A stretch of 64,000 nt of DNA, from sequence record MG589383; one strand, 5' to 3'. The translations under genes and the position numbers were made by a program. Shown piece after piece: positions 1-9,706 of the stretch. The stretch is from Shigella phage phi25-307. The stretch's first letter is position 1, and every line of letters begins with the position of its first letter. The notes under the pieces are model-generated. The model had not been told where the DNA came from, ran no database searches, and saw only the letters and a program-made list of their open reading frames with translations.

Positions 1-211
1 CACCTCCATAAGAGCGTGCTGCTCGTCCTGCATAAATCTTTGCTAAACCGATATCTTCGGTAAAGAATACACGATCCAAGTTTTTCTTACGTCCGGTTTC
101 AGACAGAACTCCTGTTTCTTCAGGAGGACAAAGCATGTTTTCGATGTTAGCTGAACTACTTGAACCGTGATAAAAAATCTTAAATTCTGCTTTACAATCG
201 ATGGTTTTCAT
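1..211 (-). CDS. hypothetical protein, N-terminal part only (gene runs off the window start)
   Basis: ATG at 211..209 behind RBS GGAGAACAAA; open frame to position 1 (MKTIDCKAEFKIFYHGSSS...); early promoter immediately upstream. Confidence 0.45.
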   Translation of the reverse strand, partial: MKTIDCKAEFKIFYHGSSSSANIENMLCPPEETGVLSETGRKKNLDRVFFTEDIGLAKIYAGRAARSYGG

Positions 212-237
212 TTTGTTCTCCAGTAGTTGATAGGTCT

Positions 238-266
238 ATAATAACACAACTACTGGAGAAGTAAAC
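238..266 (-). promoter_or_regulatory. T4 early-type promoter (GTTTAC -35, 17 nt spacer, TATTAT -10)
   Basis: plus-strand ataata 238-243 and gtaaac 261-266; reads GTTTAC-N17-TATTAT on minus strand. Confidence 0.5.
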
Positions 267-641
267 TTAAAAACGTAATTTAGATACATCTGCGTTGATT
301 TCGGTTTGGTTTGCGTCGTATGCAATTAAACGAACCGCTTTAGATGGGTCATTCAATGCATAGAAATGATGGAACATTGCTCGAACAATATCACCATTTA
401 CGAGTTCTACCTGGATAGGAGAACCTTTTTCGAGTTGGAAATGTTCATAAGCTTTGATGGTTCGCAGATAATCAAGTTTTTGATTTCCGGCTCCAACAAT
501 TTGTACGATACGTTTGCCCATGTTTTCCATACGAGATACAATAGTTTTAGGAGCAAGAATAACGTAGGTTGCCAGCGGAGAAACTACTTCAACAGTTGTG
601 TTTTCGGTGATTGCAGTAAAAATTGCTTGAGACATATTCAT
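267..641 (-). CDS. hypothetical protein (124 aa), downstream of gene 41
   Basis: ORF with RBS AAGAGGAAAA before ATG; no recognisable motif. Confidence 0.55.
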   Translation of the reverse strand: MNMSQAIFTAITENTTVEVVSPLATYVILAPKTIVSRMENMGKRIVQIVGAGNQKLDYLRTIKAYEHFQLEKGSPIQVELVNGDIVRAMFHHFYALNDPSKAVRLIAYDANQTEINADVSKLRF

Positions 642-670
642 AATGTTTTCCTCTTGGTTTGTGTAAGTAC

Positions 671-700
671 ATCATATCATGCCTAGAGGAAGATGTAAAC
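671..700 (-). promoter_or_regulatory. early-type promoter candidate (GTTTAC ... TATGAT)
   Basis: gtaaac 695-700 and atcata 671-676 on plus strand, 18 nt spacer. Confidence 0.35.
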
Positions 701-707
701 CCCGAAA

Positions 708-729
708 GGAGACCGAAGTCTCCTTTTTA
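708..729. terminator. hairpin GGAGAC-CGAA-GTCTCC followed by TTTTTA (terminator-like, just 3-prime of gene 41)
   Basis: perfect 6 bp inverted repeat with tetraloop; T-run on plus side. Confidence 0.4.
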
Positions 730-2172
730 TTAAAATTTTAACTCATTGGCTAAGCTATCTAGGTCAGCACGTGTTGCTTTGGCTTTACCTACGCGTTCCG
801 TACGATTCACCTCTGCCTGACGCATCTGAGCACCTGCGTTTTCATTTACTGTGTTAGGTGTGTTCATGCCTTCTTGCTCAATCTCAATCCATTTCTGGTT
901 GCCTTTACGTACACCCATCAGGAATTTATTCCACTTATTCTTATCACCATATCGTGATTTGATTTGTTTGATAAGTTGTTGTTCAGCTTGTGCAAGTTCT
1001 TCGGTTTCAATTACGGCCAACATGAAATCTGCCGTTGCTGGTAAACCTGCTGATTCTGCAATATCGCTCATGTTCATATCCGAAGCATCCCATGCTGCAC
1101 GTCCTACTTGAGCTGCAGTCCATAGAACTGTTTCAGATTCTACTGCTAATGCACGAAGTTCTTCTGCGATAGCTTTAACTAATGTGTAGCTATTTTCAGT
1201 GTAAACTCTGATACGACAAGACCCACAAATACCTAAGTAATCAACCATGATTACAGATGGCACAAAGTTCTTCTTGAGTTTCAATTCATTAAGCAATGCA
1301 CGGAATGTATTAGCATTAGCTCCGCCAGTAGGATACTGTTTAACTACTAAACGTCCTAATGTGGATTTTGAACGCCATTTTTCCATCTTGGCTTTATATT
1401 CAGCATAAGATACGTTACCATCATCGATATCATCGAGTGATACGTCAAGCATGTTTGCATCTATACGCTTAGCACAAACTTCTTCAGCCATTTCCATAGA
1501 AATATAAAGAACATTATGACCTGTTTGAAGATAATCTGCAGCAAGTGAACAAAGGCCTAAAGATTTACCAACGTTAACACCAGCCATTAAAACATTCAGT
1601 GTACCGGTTTCAGCACCACCTTTAGTTATTTTATTTAGAATGTTTAATTTGAACGGGACCTTACGTGCTTTGTTCAGATAAGAAAGCCAGCGTGCTTCAT
1701 AGTCTTCCATCCAGTCATGTCCAACATAACTATCAAACGAAATTGAAAGTGCTTGACGCATAATATCAGGAATAGCTCCTACGTCAGGCATTTTCTTGTT
1801 ACGTTGTTCTGGAGGTAGTTCAGCATTAGACTGAATCTCAATGATTTTGGATGTAGCATTATACATCGCTTTTTGCTGGACATATTTCTCAGTTTCTTTA
1901 ACCAACCATTCATGGTCTTCAGGAGTATCAGCCAATTTTTCAATTAGATCTGAAGTTCCTTTATATTCGGCTTCAGTTAAAGAACTGTTATCTAAAGCCA
2001 CCTTTAATGCATTGATAGACGGCATTGCATTATATTCGTTAACGTGGCTCTTTATAATTTTAAAGACATTTTTTGCCGGTCCACGCTCAAAGTACTCAGA
2101 ATCCATATAAGGCCAGACCTTAGAAAAATAAGCCTGGTCATATACTAGATGAGACAAAATAATTTCTACCAC
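730..2172 (-). CDS. 41: gp41 replicative DNA helicase (DnaB-like)
   Basis: 480 aa; Walker A GVNVGKS; near-collinear with recalled T4 gp41 (MVEIILSHL...ANELKF); GTG start with AAGGAG RBS. Confidence 0.95.
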   Translation of the reverse strand: MVEIILSHLVYDQAYFSKVWPYMDSEYFERGPAKNVFKIIKSHVNEYNAMPSINALKVALDNSSLTEAEYKGTSDLIEKLADTPEDHEWLVKETEKYVQQKAMYNATSKIIEIQSNAELPPEQRNKKMPDVGAIPDIMRQALSISFDSYVGHDWMEDYEARWLSYLNKARKVPFKLNILNKITKGGAETGTLNVLMAGVNVGKSLGLCSLAADYLQTGHNVLYISMEMAEEVCAKRIDANMLDVSLDDIDDGNVSYAEYKAKMEKWRSKSTLGRLVVKQYPTGGANANTFRALLNELKLKKNFVPSVIMVDYLGICGSCRIRVYTENSYTLVKAIAEELRALAVESETVLWTAAQVGRAAWDASDMNMSDIAESAGLPATADFMLAVIETEELAQAEQQLIKQIKSRYGDKNKWNKFLMGVRKGNQKWIEIEQEGMNTPNTVNENAGAQMRQAEVNRTERVGKAKATRADLDSLANELKF

Positions 2173-2181
2173 GATAACTCC

Positions 2182-2523
2182 TTAAAAGAATTTAAATTTT
2201 TTCTTGGTCCGTTCATTAAAAGCTTGTTGTACTTGCATTGTAACACATTTTTCAACATGTGGTGCAAGTTCTGCTTTTCTGTCCTGGTCAAGAACTGCAA
2301 AGTCCATTACGATTTTACCATCAACCCAGTCTAGTTTTGTAATATAGACTATATGATGAGAACCATCTTCAAGTGTAATCAGAATCTCTTGAATGACATT
2401 TTCCATTGCTGAACGGATAATTTTAAGAGATTCATTAAACACTCGTTCTTTGCGAATGTCTTCCCCTTCCGAAGAAGGGGAGTCATCAACGATTTCTAGA
2501 TTTAAATCATTGAGATTATTCAT
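2182..2523 (-). CDS. 40: gp40-like protein (by position between uvsX and 41)
   Basis: small ORF directly after uvsX stop; ATG at 2523; positional homology only. Confidence 0.5.
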   Translation of the reverse strand: MNNLNDLNLEIVDDSPSSEGEDIRKERVFNESLKIIRSAMENVIQEILITLEDGSHHIVYITKLDWVDGKIVMDFAVLDQDRKAELAPHVEKCVTMQVQQAFNERTKKKFKFF

Positions 2524-3688
2524 CGAAATCTTCCATTTCGTCAAGGTCGTTTTCTATATCTGCTGCAGACGGAGCATCAGAAGTTTTAACCGGAACTTTA
2601 GTTGTTGCTTTGCAATTAATAAGGTCGTTAACAGCGTCATCAACTTCTTTAATAGAAGAGATAGCACCTAGTTTATATTTAGTTTCAATTGCATCTCGGA
2701 AAGGTTTGTGTTTAAACAACGGCCCCCAGAATTCTACACAATCAGTAGCTTTAGCACGCCATGATTTCTCTTCACGAATCATTTCGCCCGTTTCTTCGTC
2801 AAGGAATTCTCGAGCATACCAACCAGCTTTAGGCTTAACCACAAAACCAATTTCAGTTGCCATTTCTAACAAGCCACTGAATGGGTCGATACCACCATCG
2901 AAATTAACCGTGATTGGGAAAGTAGATTTCTCTTTAACTGTACGAGATTTTTCTGCTTTCAACGTGAAGTCATAACCGGTCAATTCTGTACCTTCTTTAA
3001 CCTGACGTTTAGAGATAAAGAATACGGTGTTAGCAGAGTAAAGAATACCTGTACCACCACCCATAATCTCTTTAGGATACAATCCGCCGATTTCCATTGC
3101 TGTATGGTTGATTGCAACACATGGAATATCTTTAATAGTCAGATAAGGAGTCACAATGCGGAACAGAGATTTAAGTGCCTTAGCACGAGACATATCACCT
3201 ACAACTTTCTCGTTCAACGCATCTTCGGTTTCTTTCTTAGATGCAGTATTACCGATTGAATCGATAAAGATAATAACTTTATCACCGCGTTCAATCGCGT
3301 CAAGCTGATTAGTCATATCAACTTTAAGTTGTTCGACAGATTGAATCGGAGTATGAACTACACGGTCTAAATCAACACCCATTGAACGAAAATAAGATTC
3401 TGAAGCACCAAATTCTGAATCATAGAACAAACAAATTGCATCTTTATATTTCTTCATATATGCTGCAACCATGGTCAGCCCAAACAACGTTTTAAAGTGT
3501 TTAGAAGGAGCAGCAAAAATAGTTAAGCCTGATTGCAACCCGGCATTCAGTGCACCACCTAATGCAATATTCAACATCGGAATACGAGTAGGGACTTCAT
3601 CGCGATTATTAAACAGCTTAGACTTAGTCAAGTCTGCAGTCATTTTAGAAGTAGAAGCTTTAATCAGACGAGATTTTAAATCAGACAT
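2516..3688 (-). CDS. uvsX: UvsX recombinase (RecA/Rad51 family)
   Basis: 390 aa; MSDLKSRLIKASTSK... N-terminus and acidic C-terminal tail as in T4 UvsX. Confidence 0.95.
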   Translation of the reverse strand: MSDLKSRLIKASTSKMTADLTKSKLFNNRDEVPTRIPMLNIALGGALNAGLQSGLTIFAAPSKHFKTLFGLTMVAAYMKKYKDAICLFYDSEFGASESYFRSMGVDLDRVVHTPIQSVEQLKVDMTNQLDAIERGDKVIIFIDSIGNTASKKETEDALNEKVVGDMSRAKALKSLFRIVTPYLTIKDIPCVAINHTAMEIGGLYPKEIMGGGTGILYSANTVFFISKRQVKEGTELTGYDFTLKAEKSRTVKEKSTFPITVNFDGGIDPFSGLLEMATEIGFVVKPKAGWYAREFLDEETGEMIREEKSWRAKATDCVEFWGPLFKHKPFRDAIETKYKLGAISSIKEVDDAVNDLINCKATTKVPVKTSDAPSAADIENDLDEMEDFDE

Positions 3689-3743
3689 TGTATTTTTTCC
3701 ATAGGCATCATTATATTTTACTCATGTTTAAAAGATAAGACGA

Positions 3744-3770
3744 TTATATACTAAGGGTTATACAGCATTT
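3744..3770 (-). promoter_or_regulatory. middle (MotA-type) promoter candidate upstream of uvsX
   Basis: minus strand AAATGCTGTA (Mot-box-like) - 12 nt - TATAAT. Confidence 0.35.
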
Positions 3771-3788
3771 AAAACTTTAAACAGGCTC

Positions 3789-4337
3789 TTAACGAGCCCA
3801 TTTGATAATTTCTGTAATCAAATAATTACGTTCGCTTGCATTAAATCCTATAACTTTGTTAGCACCGTCATGATTAAGTAATTGATACGTTTGGATTTTG
3901 TTATGAATTGCAAACTCTTCAAAATATGAAATGACTGTATTAAAACCGAATGAAGACAAAGTAATAAGATCGTCTTCAAAACTTTCAGTCATTTCGTTAC
4001 GTGTTAAAATAATTGTGAACACATCATGGTTTTGGCAAAGACGAACATAATCCTGTTCATAAACGTCAAGAACCGAGTCCGCATCTTGTCGAATACGTCC
4101 ATAAACCCAGTTACTAATATATCCACGGTCTAACAGATAAATCTTAGTAGGGTCTAAATAATTCAACATCGTTTCGAAACAGCCAACTTCATTTCGAGAC
4201 TTAACATCGAAACGTCCATTAACTGTTCGTTTAGGGAAATCAATCTTTACATATCTTTCACTAATTTCCATTATGTCATTAATGAAAGTTGTTTTACCAG
4301 CATTATCCGGGCCATCTACTAAAATAATTTTAGCCAT
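3789..4337 (-). CDS. P-loop kinase-like protein (nucleoside/nucleotide kinase fold)
   Basis: Walker A VDGPDNAGKTT near N-terminus; 182 aa; sits at the T4 bgt locus. Confidence 0.6.
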   Translation of the reverse strand: MAKIILVDGPDNAGKTTFINDIMEISERYVKIDFPKRTVNGRFDVKSRNEVGCFETMLNYLDPTKIYLLDRGYISNWVYGRIRQDADSVLDVYEQDYVRLCQNHDVFTIILTRNEMTESFEDDLITLSSFGFNTVISYFEEFAIHNKIQTYQLLNHDGANKVIGFNASERNYLITEIIKWAR

Positions 4338-4338
4338 T

Positions 4339-5238
4339 TTATTCCTCGATTACGACATCTTCGTATTTAGGTATATTATACGGTGAAGAAATTAAAGCAT
4401 TAAAGTAGATGAACTCACCAAGACCTGGATGGAATACTTCTTCAGGATTTTCGAAATATTGAATCTTCGGTCGTCCTTTAAGAATTTGATAGTACTCAGT
4501 TTTAGTTGGTTTAAAAATTCGAATCAGCGCTTCTTCAGGATACTTATTTCTGTCGAAGCTATTATTTGGATCGGTTATATAAAGCGGTTGACCTAATTGA
4601 ATTGCACATTCAACCACTTGTTCAAAACGATAGCACGGGTCACTAATTCGAAATGGATGAAAAATACCATCTAGATGAATAGGAGCCAAATCACCTACAA
4701 GACGCTGCATGATGGAAGGACGTATAACTTTCTGGGTTACGATAATCTTATTACCATCGGCACCAGCGTTAACCAGCACTTCCTTTTGACGTTTATTCAA
4801 CACAGTAGTTTGAAGTGAACGATTAACCGACAACATATCGGTTTTTAAGAATTCGTCAATATAAAAACGTGGTTTATTAGGGTCTGCAGTGATATTGAAA
4901 TTGAATTCCACATCAAAAGCGCCGTCATATCCAGTGATATCTGTGATTAGAAAATCACAATCATAATAAGCAATTAATGAATCAACCACAAATTCATTTT
5001 CAGACCAGAAATATTTACGAGTGTTATACGCGTTATCTTTATACCATAATGGAACAAACTTAAATTCTGGGAAAAGACGTTCACATTCTTTAATATCAGA
5101 TGCATTACGTGGATATGTAATCACATCACCCGGATTAGCACGGTGCAAATGAAGTTGGAAGTTGCCATCCTTAAGGATAGCGTACTGTCCAGTTTCATAA
5201 GACCGCATACTCAAGATAGGTACGCGGAAAATAGCCAT
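4339..5238 (-). CDS. hypothetical protein at bgt locus; candidate DNA sugar transferase
   Basis: 299 aa ORF; start overlaps gene 42 stop as TAATG; no known motif, function inferred from position only. Confidence 0.55.
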   Translation of the reverse strand: MAIFRVPILSMRSYETGQYAILKDGNFQLHLHRANPGDVITYPRNASDIKECERLFPEFKFVPLWYKDNAYNTRKYFWSENEFVVDSLIAYYDCDFLITDITGYDGAFDVEFNFNITADPNKPRFYIDEFLKTDMLSVNRSLQTTVLNKRQKEVLVNAGADGNKIIVTQKVIRPSIMQRLVGDLAPIHLDGIFHPFRISDPCYRFEQVVECAIQLGQPLYITDPNNSFDRNKYPEEALIRIFKPTKTEYYQILKGRPKIQYFENPEEVFHPGLGEFIYFNALISSPYNIPKYEDVVIEE

Positions 5239-5954
5239 TAGTCAAGGAATCCTTTAACATAATCAAAATCACGTTCAAACACATGGGCACTTACCATGGT
5301 ATGAGTATAATCACCAACTTCTACACCGCATTCGTTAGCGATATAATGAAGTAATTTTCCTTGGAGATAAAAATCCAACTGCATAACAACAGCACAGTTC
5401 TGAGAACGCATATGACAGTGGGTATAAAGCTTACCATCACGAATATAATAAGTCACTGAGTCAGTACATGGATATTCAAGCGTTTCGTCTGAATCAAGCA
5501 AAGCCTGATCAGAACTTTCTAGAATTTGGAACACAACTCTTCGAGAGTTAGGCTTCTCTTTAAGTTCTTTTAGAAGAGCTGGTAATTGGGCCACAATGCG
5601 AGGACCATAGAAAGTGTTGAAGTTCGCCGGCAAAACATCTGATTTTGGTTTAGAAATAAATTTAGCGACATTAGGATATGCCTTAAACGCTTCTTCTGCG
5701 TTGGTACCACCAGAAATCATAAACTTCCAGAAGTCTTCGGCATATTCATAAGAGATGCGGTTAATACGTGGGTCGGTCATTTTGAATGTTGACGGGGTAT
5801 CAACAACTACTGTCATAGACCCAATTTCATTACAACGTCCAATACGAGAATCAGTTACGAATTCCGGGTTTTCTAAAATTTCACGATTGACTGCTTTAAA
5901 TGCGGTTTGAAAATCTGCGGCTTTGATATATTTCATTGTGTTATGTTTTCCCAT
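5238..5954 (-). CDS. 42: dCMP hydroxymethylase (thymidylate synthase superfamily)
   Basis: 238 aa; C-T-D-S-V-x-Y-Y-IRDGK...MRSQN...HVF pattern matches T4 gp42 catalytic region; RBS GAGGTAAAC. Confidence 0.8.
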   Translation of the reverse strand: MGKHNTMKYIKAADFQTAFKAVNREILENPEFVTDSRIGRCNEIGSMTVVVDTPSTFKMTDPRINRISYEYAEDFWKFMISGGTNAEEAFKAYPNVAKFISKPKSDVLPANFNTFYGPRIVAQLPALLKELKEKPNSRRVVFQILESSDQALLDSDETLEYPCTDSVTYYIRDGKLYTHCHMRSQNCAVVMQLDFYLQGKLLHYIANECGVEVGDYTHTMVSAHVFERDFDYVKGFLD

Positions 5955-5973
5955 GTTTACCTCAATACAATTT

Positions 5974-5998
5974 ATTATATACTCAATTCGTAAAGCTT
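5974..5998 (-). promoter_or_regulatory. middle (MotA-type) promoter candidate upstream of gene 42
   Basis: minus strand AAGCTTTAC - 11 nt - TATAAT. Confidence 0.35.
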
Positions 5999-6233
5999 AT
6001 TTGAATTTCTTGACAATGTTGATATAACGTAAAGCTTCAGCATCGATACTTCCAAGAACACTATGAAGAAATGCATCAGCGTAGTATTCCAATTGAACAG
6101 GTTTCTTTAATCACTTTAGCCGCTTTAGTTTCAAACAGGCCCATCAGGGCCTTTTTAAGAATTTGTTCATTAGTGTTCAGTTTCATAGTCAAAATCTCTT
6201 CATTAAGTTGGTGGTTAAAAGTTTTTCTAGAAA

Positions 6234-7394
6234 TCATTCCGGGTACCTCAAAGCGTCATCAGAGTTAGTTATATCAATAATAGATATAGAGTTTTCTGCT
6301 AACCCATTTTTAGATAACTGACGTTTATAATATCTTTCACAATATGTACACGTCGTCCCGCAGATTTCATTAGCACAATCGAAATCTGGATGTCTGAACC
6401 ACCTTTTTTCTAAAAAGCCATCTAACAAAGAGGTTTCAATATTTACTGTATGTGAAAACTCAGTTTCATTTTCAAGAGTGAAAATAGTCTCTAAAGGCTT
6501 CCACAGTTCTAACAAATTACCTTCAAACTTTTCAGAAGCGTATGCTTCAAGAACTTTCAAAATGTAGTCTGTGCTACCTGTACGTCCTGAAACTTTGAAT
6601 TGAGTGATACCAATATCATTATAAAGTTTCAAATCTTGAGGACGAACAAAACGAGTTCTCAGCCAGTTAAATGGGTCTGTATCACGAGCTTTAATGCAGT
6701 GTTGCATTGGATATCCATTTAAGGATTTAGCATCATCAGCTGTAACATCAGTACTATGGAAAATATAGCAAGAGTCACGATAGCTACAATGTGTTGTATA
6801 CCCTTTACCAGCATTAGAACAGAACTCATTTACAAGAACTTCAAATATTATATTGTTCTTATTGCAAAACTCTGCTGCACGCTTCAGGAAAGAAACTGAA
6901 CGGTTCTTATGAATTCCACAGCAGACCTTTTTGATATTATACTGGTCATGCAAGTATTTGATTTGAGTTACAGCATCGACATGTAGAATTGTTGAAACTT
7001 CAATCTCAATGTCTTTATTGACTTCACGAACAATTTCCATAACAACAGGGTTAGCGATAGTAATACGCCATACGCCTATTGACCAAAGATACTGAACATA
7101 ATCCTGAATAGCTTTCTTCTTCCACTCAACTAGTTCTCTTTTTGAACCAGGATTTATCGTGTTGAGTGTATAGTTAAAGCAAATACCTAATTCGTTACAA
7201 CGTTTAACGTAATCTTCTAACATCTTTTTGTCAACGTCAGGAAGCCTAAAATCAGGTCTGGCTGCTACAAAAGCCATTTCTCTTGTAGAGCCGTATACTT
7301 CGTTTATCAAGCTATTAGGATAAGTTTTATTGAGCTCTACGATTTTATCAAGAAGAGCTAAATCAAAATTCGTTCCGATTTTAAAAGTATTCAT
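6234..7394 (-). CDS. hypothetical Cys-rich protein (386 aa) at imm locus
   Basis: long ORF; C-terminal cysteine cluster CANEICGTTCTYC; possible metal or Fe-S binding enzyme. Confidence 0.6.
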   Translation of the reverse strand: MNTFKIGTNFDLALLDKIVELNKTYPNSLINEVYGSTREMAFVAARPDFRLPDVDKKMLEDYVKRCNELGICFNYTLNTINPGSKRELVEWKKKAIQDYVQYLWSIGVWRITIANPVVMEIVREVNKDIEIEVSTILHVDAVTQIKYLHDQYNIKKVCCGIHKNRSVSFLKRAAEFCNKNNIIFEVLVNEFCSNAGKGYTTHCSYRDSCYIFHSTDVTADDAKSLNGYPMQHCIKARDTDPFNWLRTRFVRPQDLKLYNDIGITQFKVSGRTGSTDYILKVLEAYASEKFEGNLLELWKPLETIFTLENETEFSHTVNIETSLLDGFLEKRWFRHPDFDCANEICGTTCTYCERYYKRQLSKNGLAENSISIIDITNSDDALRYPE

Positions 7395-7453
7395 TTTTTA
7401 CATCTCGCGTTAATTGATGCGATGGTTTTTTTTTGCAGGTCTTACTTAAATTA

Positions 7454-7840
7454 TTATAGATTCGGTTTATATGATTTAAATGTTTCGAATTCGCCTTTAT
7501 TCATAAGAGCTTTGAATTCGTCAGGACGCATAGCTTTGTCGTCGATAATCCAATCATATACTGGTTTATGTGTTAGCAAATTATGGTACTTCAATCCAAT
7601 GTTTGCCAAGTTCTGAATCAGACTTGGGAGAATGTCAATTGCTATACGACCAGGACCTACTGACTTCATACCGCGAGCAGTGTAAAGCGTTATGGTATGC
7701 CCTGCATCATACAGGGCATTAATGGCAGACACCATTTCGACGTCTGGTTTGAAGTTCACGTAATCACGATTGTTATTCCACTCTGTTATACAATCATCGA
7801 CATCAAAACAAAGATTAAGCATGTTTTTTACACGGTGCAT
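7454..7840 (-). CDS. HAD-superfamily phosphatase-like protein
   Basis: FDVDDC (DxD nucleophile motif), LYTARG, conserved K, WIIDDK; ATG overlaps upstream stop as TAATG. Confidence 0.55.
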   Translation of the reverse strand: MHRVKNMLNLCFDVDDCITEWNNNRDYVNFKPDVEMVSAINALYDAGHTITLYTARGMKSVGPGRIAIDILPSLIQNLANIGLKYHNLLTHKPVYDWIIDDKAMRPDEFKALMNKGEFETFKSYKPNL

Positions 7841-9525
7841 TAGATTCGTTCCCATTGATGAGTGATATCGCCACCGATTGGACGATAAGAAACACCAGTT
7901 TCTTTATCAGTTAGTACCCATTTACCAGGATTTTTTGTAATCAGAGTAGCCGTTACAGGTTCTGCTACATCATAACTAATAGTGCCGTCCTGAAGTACAC
8001 GGCCCATATTACGTAATTGCTTAGTCAGAAGTTCCATACCTTTATAATATGCGGCTACCGCTTTAAGTGGATTATTCTTGAAATAACCACCTAATGCAAT
8101 CCAGATAATTGCTACAGCCAAATGATGATACTCATTAAACGAACTCATCTTTCCATATTTGTAAACTAATGGATTGATGTTAATAGTCACATTACAAGTT
8201 GTTTCATCAATAGTAAACTGTCCCCAGGTCGGATTAGCATTGAATTCATCATAACCTGAAACAGCATAAAGCACTTTAGCTTCATCATACAATTTTGGCC
8301 CGTAAATCTTGGTTTCACCAAAATATCCACGAGGGTCGATAAACTTGACTTCACCATTATCAGTAATCATAGTATTACTGAAGTTTGGGTCACCATGAAT
8401 AACAGAGTACTGTCCCTGAGAACGGTTATGATAACGAATAAGGTGTTCTAAAGCTTGTTTCAGCATTGGCTTCAGACGCCCAATCTTAGTGTAGTTCACA
8501 TGTGTGATTTTACCGAATGAATCAATCAATGGTTGAATACTTTCACAACGATCAATAACTTTCGTATAGAACTCTTTAGTGAAATCACGGCGAACAGTTT
8601 CAGGACTTACAAAATAAGTGTCTGTGCTGAATTTCAGTGCATCTAAAATTGCATCAACAATTTGTGGACGAGCAAGACTTGATTTGGATTTAATATATTC
8701 AAATGCCGGCTTACCTTTAATGCGTTCCATTTCAAAGTTATTTTCATTAACAGAAACTAACTGAGGAACTGAATCTGATTTCACTTTAAGATACCATGAA
8801 ATCTCATCTTTCTGAAGAGCTCGACCCTGTTCGGTTAATGCGAATTTAGTTACAGTTTCTTCACCAATTTCAACTGCATTAAAACTACGATTAAGTTCAC
8901 GAACTTCATGAGCTTTTTCAAGTTTAGGCATATCACCTAAATCAATTAGATTCATAAGCTCTGATTTATTGAATGCGCTGCCGTAAAGGAATTCTACGAA
9001 ATCACGTCCTTTGCAGTATTCATGAATTTCCTCATCAGTAGAACCCATATAGAATTCCCAGTCTTTGAACTGATAAATTCCTACAACATTACCACCTGTT
9101 GAACCTACATTAGTGATATTTTCACCGTCGAAATTATATCGACATTCGTCACCCTTAACATAGATTGCGTTAACATTCCAAGACCATGAACCAAAATCAG
9201 GAATAATATCACACCAGTTAACAATTACATTATGGCCGTCTAAATCTTTGTGTAATTTAGCAAGAGCATAAGCAGAACCATACGCTTCATCAACTGTACG
9301 AATAGTCACATTGAACCCTTCTTGCTCACAATAAGCTCGAACAGTTTCAGCAAATTTTGAATGAACTACTACAATAATTTCATCTGCACCAAGGTCAGAA
9401 TAAATTGTATACAAATTGCTCAGAATAGTGTCTTGTTTATAGTTAACAAGCACCTTAGGAATATGATGTGTTATTGGATACAAACGAGTTGCCAGTCCAG
9501 CACCAAGAATAACAGCTTTTTTCAT
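7840..9525 (-). CDS. bifunctional sugar-1-phosphate nucleotidyltransferase / sugar kinase
   Basis: N-terminus ILGAGLATRLYPIT..IPK (GxGTRLxPxT NTase signature); C-terminus HGDPNFSNTMI...FIDPRG (APH/choline-kinase Brenner motif). Confidence 0.85.
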   Translation of the reverse strand: MKKAVILGAGLATRLYPITHHIPKVLVNYKQDTILSNLYTIYSDLGADEIIVVVHSKFAETVRAYCEQEGFNVTIRTVDEAYGSAYALAKLHKDLDGHNVIVNWCDIIPDFGSWSWNVNAIYVKGDECRYNFDGENITNVGSTGGNVVGIYQFKDWEFYMGSTDEEIHEYCKGRDFVEFLYGSAFNKSELMNLIDLGDMPKLEKAHEVRELNRSFNAVEIGEETVTKFALTEQGRALQKDEISWYLKVKSDSVPQLVSVNENNFEMERIKGKPAFEYIKSKSSLARPQIVDAILDALKFSTDTYFVSPETVRRDFTKEFYTKVIDRCESIQPLIDSFGKITHVNYTKIGRLKPMLKQALEHLIRYHNRSQGQYSVIHGDPNFSNTMITDNGEVKFIDPRGYFGETKIYGPKLYDEAKVLYAVSGYDEFNANPTWGQFTIDETTCNVTININPLVYKYGKMSSFNEYHHLAVAIIWIALGGYFKNNPLKAVAAYYKGMELLTKQLRNMGRVLQDGTISYDVAEPVTATLITKNPGKWVLTDKETGVSYRPIGGDITHQWERI

Positions 9526-9706
9526 GTTGTGGTCCTCATTGGTAAGTAGGAGTATTGTACACTATTCTAGTTAAAGCATTCATACTTTGCTTGTAGTCCA
9601 ATCATAATCCATCCAATTACAAGTGTTGGAATCATTACCGGAGCCGTTAAGCTCCAGTAGATAGTCATGACAAGCATCAATAGTAAAAGTCCTATTGTTA
9701 TTGCTT

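Noticed and set aside
2182-2544. ORF-track start codons for several genes (gene 40 at 2544, 7454..7855, 27319..27882, 34481..34756, 46420..46920 and others)
   Set aside because: The track extends to the first in-frame start, often a TTG/GTG or an ATG overlapping the upstream gene. Internal ATGs with good RBSs and matches to T4 N-termini were used instead.
6234-7394. Assigning the 386 aa Cys-rich protein to peptidase U32 or radical SAM families
   Set aside because: There is no CxxxCxxC radical SAM motif and only a loose resemblance to the U32 signature, so it is left as a hypothetical Cys-rich protein.
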